Of a DNA stretch of 10,050 nucleotides, positions 1-6,423 are shown piece after piece. The notes under the pieces are model-generated. The model was given only the letters and a program-made list of their open reading frames with translations, was not told the origin of the DNA and did no database searches. The translations under genes and the position numbers were made by a program. The stretch's first letter is position 1. Every line of letters starts with the position of its first letter. Location of the stretch: positions 1 to 10,050 of the forward strand of contig JAUQVK010000056.1 in NCBI GenBank assembly GCA_039794845.1, given 5' to 3'. The stretch is from Thermostichus sp. DRC_bins_24 (GTDB lineage Bacteria > Cyanobacteriota > Cyanobacteriia > Thermostichales > Thermostichaceae).

Positions 1-391
1 GCAGCTGCCGGGGGGGGGCCGCCCCTGCCCCCTGCGCCACCAAGCGGCCCATCTGGGTTTCGGGAGCCGTGGAGCGCAACACCAGCTCCTTCATGTTCAA
101 AAGAATCTCCATTACGTCTTCCCGCACCCCGGGCACGGTGGAAAACTCATGGCTTACCCCAGCGATGCGCACAGCGGTTACCGCTGCTCCTTCCAGGTTA
201 GAAAGCAACACCCGCCGCAGGGCATTGCCCACGGTGATCCCTTGACCACGCTCCAACGGCCCCAAGGCAAATTTGCCGTAGTGAACACCGGTAGCATCCT
301 GATGGGATTCAACACACTCGGTCTGGTAGGCGGCGGCACTGAGGCCCCCCTTGCTGCCCAAATTGTGGAGAGTTCGGCTGGTTTGCATCAT
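1..391 (-). CDS. rpoA: DNA-directed RNA polymerase subunit alpha (5' part; runs off the window's left edge)
   Basis: Manual minus-strand translation from ATG at 391: [107 protein letters not shown]... It contains the RpoA signatures [20 protein letters not shown] and [13 protein letters not shown] and lies directly downstream of rpsK. The start is uncertain (ATG 391, ATG 388 or TTG 361). It is missing from the ORF track because it is partial. Confidence 0.97.
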   Translation of the reverse strand, partial: MMQTSRTLHNLGSKGGLSAAAYQTECVESHQDATGVHYGKFALGPLERGQGITVGNALRRVLLSNLEGAAVTAVRIAGVSHEFSTVPGVREDVMEILLNMKELVLRSTAPETQMGRLVAQGAGAAPPRQL

Positions 392-526
392 ATAGCCCCG
401 TCAGTTTGGCTCGATATCGGTCTTAGAGAAGTTGCGCAATCAGGTCATCTAGGTCATCCCAAATGGGACAAACCCAGGGGAAACAGCCGCAGGCATTCGG
501 TCTGGCCTAGGCCCCGGGATCCCCCT

Positions 527-913
527 CTAAACGCGCCGCCGCTTGGGGGGACGGCAGCCGTTGTGGGGAATGGGGGTGATGTCTCGAATCAGGGTGATTT
601 CCAAGCCCGTTGCCTGCAGAGACCGAATCGCCGTTTCCCGACCGGAGCCGGGGCCGCTCACCATCACTTCGATCTGGCGCATGCCGTTGTCCATGGCCTG
701 ACGGGCAGCACTTTCTGCTGCAGTTTGCGCAGCAAAGGGAGTGCCTTTTTTCGCGCCTTTGAAACCCGTAGAGCCTGCCGAGGCCCAGGACACCACATCG
801 CCGTTGGGATCCGTAATTGTAACGATGGTGTTGTTGAAGGTGGACTGAATGTAGGCCACCCCACTGGGGATGTTCTTTTTGACCTTGCGTCCGCGCCGTT
901 GCTGCCGAGCCAT
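527..913 (-). CDS. rpsK: 30S ribosomal protein S11
   Basis: 128 aa with S11 motifs [41 protein letters not shown] and [18 protein letters not shown]; lies between rpsM and rpoA. Confidence 0.99.
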   Translation of the reverse strand: MARQQRRGRKVKKNIPSGVAYIQSTFNNTIVTITDPNGDVVSWASAGSTGFKGAKKGTPFAAQTAAESAARQAMDNGMRQIEVMVSGPGSGRETAIRSLQATGLEITLIRDITPIPHNGCRPPKRRRV

Positions 914-988
914 TGCCTATGCGTCCTTATGATCAACTGTTTGCGATTCGGGATGGAGGGATCCTTGCCTTTTGCCAAAGCCCAGCTA

Positions 989-1372
989 CTATTTCTTGCC
1001 AGGGGCCTTTTTCTTCCCGGCCACCGTCTTTTTGACCCCCTTGCGGGTACGGGCGTTGGTGCGGGTGCGCTGGCCTCGCACAGGTAAGCCCAGGCGGTGG
1101 CGACGCCCTCGGTAGGTGCCGATGTCGATCAATCGCTTGATGTTCATCGCCTCTTGGCGACGCAGATCGCCTTCCACCTGGTAGTCGCCTTCTACCGTGG
1201 CTCGCAGGGCGGCCACCTCTGCATCGGTGAGGTCGCGGGTACGAGTATCCGGATTAACGCCGGTTTTCGCCAAAATTTGGCGGGCGCGGGTTAGCCCGAT
1301 GCCATAGATGTAGGTAAGGGCAATCTCAACTCGCTTTTCCCGTGGGATGTCAACTCCCGCAATCCGTGCCAT
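989..1372 (-). CDS. rpsM: 30S ribosomal protein S13
   Basis: 127 aa, [26 protein letters not shown]...[26 protein letters not shown]; canonical S13 sequence. Confidence 0.99.
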   Translation of the reverse strand: MARIAGVDIPREKRVEIALTYIYGIGLTRARQILAKTGVNPDTRTRDLTDAEVAALRATVEGDYQVEGDLRRQEAMNIKRLIDIGTYRGRRHRLGLPVRGQRTRTNARTRKGVKKTVAGKKKAPGKK

Positions 1373-1486
1373 AGTTGGTGATACCTTCCAGACAAACTCG
1401 AATAAACTTGGGTGAAATGCTCAGTCTGCTGTGGAGCCGTTACTCTTGCAATCCGGTGCAATCAGGGCTAGCTTCCAATTGAAAGA

Positions 1487-1508
1487 CGTTGCTCAACCGT
1501 TGCTCAAC
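1487..1508. repeat. 11-bp perfect tandem duplication (CGTTGCTCAAC x2) in the rpmJ-rpsM spacer
   Basis: CGTTGCTCAAC occurs at 1487-1497 and 1498-1508; each unit contains the inverted arms GTTG..CAAC. Confidence 0.8.
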
Positions 1509-1580
1509 TGTTTTGACTTGTTTTGGCTCAGGAGTTTGCTGCTGCCCACTGTGCATAACTCCCACCGGGGTGAGAGCTCC

Positions 1581-1697
1581 CTAGCCCTGCCGCTGCTTGT
1601 GCTTCGGATTGGAGGAACAAATCACCATCACCCGACCGTGGCGGCGGATGACGCGACACTTTTCACAGATCCGACGGACGGAGGGCCGCACCTTCAT
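1581..1697 (-). CDS. rpmJ: 50S ribosomal protein L36 (zinc-ribbon, C+ type)
   Basis: Manual translation [38 protein letters not shown] (38 aa), with CxxC...C...H zinc ligands. It sits upstream of rpsM and is below the ORF track size cutoff. Confidence 0.98.
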   Translation of the reverse strand: MKVRPSVRRICEKCRVIRRHGRVMVICSSNPKHKQRQG

Positions 1698-1727
1698 GGC
1701 TAATCCTGACAAAACCAGCGAATATCC

Positions 1728-1756
1728 ATTCTAGGTTTGTTTGCGCAACCTGTCAA
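1728..1756 (-). promoter_or_regulatory. sigma70-type promoter for rpmJ-rpsM-rpsK-rpoA
   Basis: Minus strand reads TTGACA (1756-1751), a 17-nt spacer, then TAGAAT (1733-1728), about 30 nt upstream of the rpmJ ATG. Confidence 0.85.
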
Positions 1757-1867
1757 AATTTGTTGCTATTCTCTGACCGTTGGCCAGCCCTCTCGGTTGG
1801 CTATGCTGGTTGGGCAAGTGCCCGTCAATCTTCATGAAGACGGTTGGGTTGTTGGCGGAGGAAGCCG

Positions 1868-3820
1868 ATGCGGTGGCGATGGCTGAGCTTGGTAGGCAGT
1901 GTGCTGTGGCTGGGATCCCCGCTGGGGGGGCTGGCTCAAGAGATGCCGCGACCGATGGAGGGATCCCCAAGGCCTCTCTCCGAATCTGCTTTGGACGCAG
2001 GCAAGACTGGGGCGCAGACAGATTTGCTCTTACCCTTGAGCAGCTCTGCCGATCGTATTGATGTTGTGCCGGAGCAGGGTTGGGTTGCGGTGGGGCTGCT
2101 GGAAGAACAGGCGGTGACCCTCCTGGATTTGGCCGGTGGGGATCCCCTGTGGCAGGTGTCGGTTGGTTTTGCCCCCAGTGTTGTGCGGGTGGATGGATCC
2201 CGGCAAGTGCTCTATGCTTCTGGCCCCAATGCCCCCGGACTGGTGGCCATCGATCTGCTTACCGGGGAGCTGATTCAGGCTTACGGATTGGCGGCAGGGG
2301 TTTTGGATATCGTTGTGGATCCGGCCACCGGGCGAGTGTTTGCCTCCATGCCCTCGGCGCAAAGTTTGGCTGTGATTCAGTTGGATCAGCCGCAGGCACG
2401 CACTTTGCCGATGCCAGGGCCGCCCTTGGCCTTGGCCTACGACTCGGAGCGGGGATCCCTGTTTGTGGGCCTGGCCGTGGAGGATCCCCTTAGCTTGATG
2501 GTGGTCAATCCCGACAATGGTGAGCTGTTGGCCCGTTGGCGGGGTGGAGATACCCCGGAGGTGATGACCCTGGATGCTCGCCGGCAGCGTTTGGTGGTGC
2601 TCAACTCGGGCAGCCAAGATCTGACGGTGCTGGACTTGAGCCGCAGCGGAGAAGCCCTGCAGCGCATTGGCCTCGACTGGCGCCCCACCCGATTGGCGCT
2701 TTCCCCGGATGGCCGTTGGGCCTACGTCACGTCTCGGGATAGCGACCGTCTACAGGTGGTGAATTTGGAGACGGGCCGCCTGGAAGCCTCCTTACGCCTG
2801 GCAGGGCAGCCGACGGGTCTGGCGATGCTGGGCCATCGAGATCTGCTGGTGGTTGCCGCCGGGATCCCGGCTGTGCGCCGGCTGGAGGATATTCCTGGCC
2901 AAGTCCAGGCGGCGGTGGCTGAAAATGGCGGATCCCTGCAGGTCGCGGTGACGGCGGATCGCGGTGTGGTGACGGGACGAGTTTTGGATATTGCCGGCAA
3001 TCCGGTGCAGACGGGGATCCTGAACTTGACTGCCACCGCCACCCAGCCCCAACAGCAGATTCGCATTGCCGCCGATGGCACTTATGTGCTGCCGGAGTTG
3101 CCGGCTGGGTTGTATTTGGTGGATGTGGAGGTGCCGGGTTTTCCGGTCACCAGCACCCAGGTGGAGGTGCGCTCCGGGTTTGTGGCCCATCAGGATATTC
3201 ATCTGCCACCGGGCAATCCGACCCACAAACCGGAGGGGATTGGCCTTTTGCCGGATGAGCCCGTTTACTCGGACGAGCTGGCCCGCCATCTCAGCATTGC
3301 CTTGAAGGACTTACAACCCCACCGGCAGGTGATGCTCCTAAATGGGCCTTTGGGGCCGGATCCCCAGTTTGAGCCGCTCTTACCCCTCACCCGTGGCCTG
3401 ACGTTGTTGGATCGGGATGAGCGCTTTACCCCTGACTTGGCCAAACTGAAGGTGATCGGTGATGCCCTTGGTTTGCGCTACATCCTCCTGACCCAGCTGC
3501 AGATCTCGCGGGATTACAGCCGCCAGGGCAGCTCCCTGTTGAACACAGCTCTGCGCTTTGTTGCCCCGATGGTGCCGGTGGAAATTCCCAACTTTACCCC
3601 GAACCAGCTGCGCAGCCGGGGTTTGGTGGTAGTGGTGGACTTGGAGCGGGATCGCCCCGGGGATCGAGCCCGCTACTACGAAGCCTATGGGCGGGATGAT
3701 GTGGGTGGGGATCCCATGTTTGAAGATGCGGCGGCGGGGTTGTTCCGCCTGCAGGTACGTAACATGGTGCCCGTCTTCGTCAATCAATGGCAAGCCAGCA
3801 ACCCCTTTTCTGGGTCATGA
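1868..3820 (+). CDS. Exported multidomain protein: signal peptide, YVTN/YncE-like beta-propeller, carboxypeptidase-regulatory-like beta-sandwich, C-terminal alpha/beta domain
   Basis: Start moved from 1844 to ATG 1868 because GGAGG lies at 1857-1861 and a signal-like N-terminus follows (MRWRWLSLVGSVLWLGSPLGGLA-QE). About 42-aa blade repeats such as 'P..LALSPDGRWAYVTSRDSDRLQVVNL' cover roughly 2010-2890. 'GVVTGRVLDIAGNPV...ADGTYVLPELPAGLYLVDVEVPGF' covers roughly 2963-3205. 650 aa. Confidence 0.85.
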   Translation: MRWRWLSLVGSVLWLGSPLGGLAQEMPRPMEGSPRPLSESALDAGKTGAQTDLLLPLSSSADRIDVVPEQGWVAVGLLEEQAVTLLDLAGGDPLWQVSVGFAPSVVRVDGSRQVLYASGPNAPGLVAIDLLTGELIQAYGLAAGVLDIVVDPATGRVFASMPSAQSLAVIQLDQPQARTLPMPGPPLALAYDSERGSLFVGLAVEDPLSLMVVNPDNGELLARWRGGDTPEVMTLDARRQRLVVLNSGSQDLTVLDLSRSGEALQRIGLDWRPTRLALSPDGRWAYVTSRDSDRLQVVNLETGRLEASLRLAGQPTGLAMLGHRDLLVVAAGIPAVRRLEDIPGQVQAAVAENGGSLQVAVTADRGVVTGRVLDIAGNPVQTGILNLTATATQPQQQIRIAADGTYVLPELPAGLYLVDVEVPGFPVTSTQVEVRSGFVAHQDIHLPPGNPTHKPEGIGLLPDEPVYSDELARHLSIALKDLQPHRQVMLLNGPLGPDPQFEPLLPLTRGLTLLDRDERFTPDLAKLKVIGDALGLRYILLTQLQISRDYSRQGSSLLNTALRFVAPMVPVEIPNFTPNQLRSRGLVVVVDLERDRPGDRARYYEAYGRDDVGGDPMFEDAAAGLFRLQVRNMVPVFVNQWQASNPFSGS

Positions 3821-3869
3821 TCCCTTCAGCAAGGCTTTACGCCTGACGTTACCGACCGCCACCTTGCCC

Positions 3870-4958
3870 ATGCTTCTTTTCTTCTCCCTCCCCTCCCCGC
3901 AGCGAATGCTTGGCTCAGGCATCCTCGCCCTCTGTGGCTGGCTGATGTTGGCTTCAGGAGCACTGGCGCAAACCCCGGCCACTCCGATTCCTCGCCTCAC
4001 ACCGCTGTTCCCCTTTCAGAACCCCCCCTTCCCTCCTCCAGCGACCAACGGCAATGGCAGCCCACAGGGCACGGCGCGGCTGGTGGGGCAGGTGAGCAAC
4101 AGCGTTGGGCAGCCCGTTGCGGGGGCACAGGTGCAGTTGGAGGGGGGCGAGAACCCCAACCAACCCATCGAAACGGATGAGCGCGGCGCTTTTGAGCTGA
4201 ACCACGCGGAAGCTGGGCGACGCCTGTTGACGGTATGGCACCCCGACTACGAGCGGGCCGAGAAGGAGATCCTGCTGCAGGCGGGCCTGACCACCCCCGT
4301 CGATGTGGTTTTGCAGGTACCGATCCGACCGCAGCCCCGACGTCGCCTCGGCATTTTGGGGGTGGGGGGGCTGGAACAAACCCAACTCTTGGGGCAGCGG
4401 CTGACCCTGGAGGCGGTGCGGCTGGGACTTATCCCCGCTGGCGAGACGGTGGTGCCCCTGGACAATCGTCGCATTCAGCCGATTTTGCGGGAGGTGGGCT
4501 GGCCCATCTACGAGCTGTTCGAGTGGGATCGCCGCAAACCGGAAGCCGTCGCCCAATTCTTCGATTACCTGGGCCTGGAGGCGATCGTCATCGCTCGAGT
4601 TGATGTGCTCACCCGGCCCGCTTCGCCGACGGAGTTGAGCCTGCGCTCTCGCAGCCGCTTGGAGCTGTGGAGATTTGATGAGCAGGGCAACCTCGTGGTG
4701 GACGTCCTGGCCGAGGCCAGCCGCGATCAAGTGGAGCGCAGCAACCTCAATGCCGCCGAATTGGCCCAGCTTTACCAAATTCAAGTGACGCAAATGGCCA
4801 GTGAGGTGGGATCCCGTTGGCAGGAAAACCACCCCCTTGCCCAATACCTAGAACCGGCACCAGGAGAAGCTCCCCCCCCTCCCTCTCGCCTCGATACCAC
4901 GGTCGAGCTGCGCATTCCTGCTGGCCCCGCTACCCCCTCCGCCACCCCCGCTCCTTAG
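3870..4958 (+). CDS. Exported protein: signal peptide, Pro-rich linker, carboxypeptidase-regulatory-like domain, C-terminal alpha/beta domain paralogous to that of the upstream gene
   Basis: The long ORF 3687..4958 probably starts at ATG 3870 or 3906, after the upstream stop at 3820. It has a signal-like segment GILALCGWLMLASGALA-QT and 'ARLVGQVSNSVGQPVAGAQVQL...ETDERGAFEL...AGRRLLTVWHPDY', typical of CarboxypepD_reg/PEGA-like sandwiches. Pro-rich segments occur at both ends of the mature protein. Confidence 0.8.
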   Translation: MLLFFSLPSPQRMLGSGILALCGWLMLASGALAQTPATPIPRLTPLFPFQNPPFPPPATNGNGSPQGTARLVGQVSNSVGQPVAGAQVQLEGGENPNQPIETDERGAFELNHAEAGRRLLTVWHPDYERAEKEILLQAGLTTPVDVVLQVPIRPQPRRRLGILGVGGLEQTQLLGQRLTLEAVRLGLIPAGETVVPLDNRRIQPILREVGWPIYELFEWDRRKPEAVAQFFDYLGLEAIVIARVDVLTRPASPTELSLRSRSRLELWRFDEQGNLVVDVLAEASRDQVERSNLNAAELAQLYQIQVTQMASEVGSRWQENHPLAQYLEPAPGEAPPPPSRLDTTVELRIPAGPATPSATPAP

Positions 4959-5048
4959 TTCAGGATCCCTAAAGAGATCCAACCCCCACAAGCAGTTGAA
5001 TGTCCTAAGGCAGACACATCTTAAAAATTAAAAATTAACACTTCGGGT

Positions 5049-5078
5049 GCTAATTATTAGCCCAACAAACCTTATAAT
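5049..5078 (+). promoter_or_regulatory. Candidate MarR operator palindrome and -10 box of the marR-ABC operon
   Basis: GCTAAT-T-ATTAGC inverted repeat at 5049-5061 overlaps the expected -35 position. TATAAT lies at 5073-5078, about 30 nt before the marR ATG at 5108. Confidence 0.65.
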
Positions 5079-5107
5079 CGGGGACAGCCAAAGCTCAACG
5101 GCCAGCC

Positions 5108-5605
5108 ATGGCGTTAGAAACCCTCACTGCCCCAGCCCTCTCCTGCGAAGAGTGTGCGGCCACCCTAATGGAGATGCTCCCCCAGGTGGTGCGGCACCTG
5201 CGGGCGGAAATGCGGCGACAGGCAGCCCCTTTCTTGTCTCTTTCCCAACTGCGGGCCTTGATCTATTTGCAGCGCTGCCCCCAGGGATCCCTTTCCCAGG
5301 TGGCGGAGTATTTGGATGTTTCTCTGCCCACCATGTCCACCATGATGCAGCGGCTGGTGGAGCGGGGTTGGGTGGAGCGTACGGAGGATCCGCAGGAGCG
5401 ACGGCGGTTGAAACTGAGCCTGACGACAGCGGGTGAAGCGCAATTGCAACAGACCTTGGGGGCCACCCAAGCCTACCTGGCCACCCGTTTGGCCCATCTA
5501 TTGCCCTCACAACGGTCACAAATTCAAGCAGGGGTAACGCTGTTGGCAGAAACCTTATCGAGAGAAGTCGAGTCCCTGCCGGGGAGGGATCCGGAAACCC
5601 CATGA
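5108..5605 (+). CDS. MarR family transcriptional regulator
   Basis: 165 aa winged-HTH pattern LSLSQLRALIYL...SLSQVAEYLDVSLPTMSTMMQRLVERGWVER..DPQERRRLKLSLTTAG. Its stop overlaps the next ATG (ATGA). Confidence 0.95.
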   Translation: MALETLTAPALSCEECAATLMEMLPQVVRHLRAEMRRQAAPFLSLSQLRALIYLQRCPQGSLSQVAEYLDVSLPTMSTMMQRLVERGWVERTEDPQERRRLKLSLTTAGEAQLQQTLGATQAYLATRLAHLLPSQRSQIQAGVTLLAETLSREVESLPGRDPETP

Positions 5606-6423
5606 GCATTCTCACCACCCAGCAACTTACCCGTCGGTTCGGCCCGTTTACGGCTGTGGATCAGCTGGCATTGTCCGTCGAGGCGGGGGAAATTTTTGGC
5701 TTGTTGGGGCCGAATGGCGCCGGGAAAAGCACCACCATTAAGGTGCTCACCACCCTGCTTACCCCAACCTCCGGCAGGGCCACGATCGGCGGGTACGATG
5801 TGCAGCGACAGCCGACGATGGTGCAACGCCTGATCGGCTATGTGCCCCAAGCTCTTTCTGCCGACAGCACCCTGTCTGGGTTTGAGAACATGCTGCTGTT
5901 GTCCAAGTTCTACGATTTGCCACGGGCCCAACGGCGCACCCGTGTTGAAGAGATCTTGTGCTATGTCGGGTTGGAGAGTGTATCCGACAGGTTGGTACGC
6001 ACCTATTCCGGCGGCATGATTCGGCGGTTGGAGATTGCCCAAGCTCTGCTGCATCAACCCCGGGTGTTGTTTTTGGATGAGCCAACCGTGGGGCTAGATC
6101 CGGTGGCACGCAAAGCAATGTGGGAGCTGATTTTGCAACTGCGGCAGGAGCGGGGGGCGACGATCTTTTTGACCACCCACTTTATGGATGAAGCGGATGT
6201 TCTCTGCGACCGCATCGCCATCATGCACCAAGGCCGTGTCGTTGCCCAGAATACCCCCCAGGGGTTGAAAGCCGGCATCAATCGCCCCAACGCCACACTG
6301 GACGACGTATTTATCCACTACACCGGCAACGACCTCAGGGAAGGGATCTCGGGTTCTGAGACACAAGGAGGCAATTACCGTGACACCTCAGCTACGCGAC
6401 GCACCGCGCAACGATTGGGCTGA
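5602..6423 (+). CDS. ABC transporter ATP-binding protein (DrrA/CcmA-like exporter ATPase)
   Basis: Walker A GPNGAGKST, Q-loop GYVPQ, signature YSGGM, Walker B LFLDEPT and H-loop TTH; 273 aa. Confidence 0.96.
   Translation: MSILTTQQLTRRFGPFTAVDQLALSVEAGEIFGLLGPNGAGKSTTIKVLTTLLTPTSGRATIGGYDVQRQPTMVQRLIGYVPQALSADSTLSGFENMLLLSKFYDLPRAQRRTRVEEILCYVGLESVSDRLVRTYSGGMIRRLEIAQALLHQPRVLFLDEPTVGLDPVARKAMWELILQLRQERGATIFLTTHFMDEADVLCDRIAIMHQGRVVAQNTPQGLKAGINRPNATLDDVFIHYTGNDLREGISGSETQGGNYRDTSATRRTAQRLG

Noticed and set aside
149..1087. 312-aa plus-strand ORF, and the smaller 1097..1294, 1431..1703 and 664..978 ORFs
   Set aside because: Antisense or alternative-frame shadows of rpoA, rpsK, rpsM and rpmJ, with no protein-family features.
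3687..3869. N-terminal 61 aa of ORF 3687..4958
   Set aside because: It overlaps the upstream gene and would bury the signal peptide, so a later ATG (3870 or 3906) is preferred.
2030..4844. Multiple minus-strand and alternative-frame ORFs (e.g. 2030..2617, 2792..3289, 3380..3793, 3954..4844)
   Set aside because: They fully overlap the two exported-protein genes; long shadow ORFs are expected from GC-rich codon bias.
4963..4980. Imperfect hairpin GGATCCCT-AA-AGAGATCC after the second exported-protein gene as a terminator
   Set aside because: Weak stem, no U-tract, and explainable by HIP-like cores.
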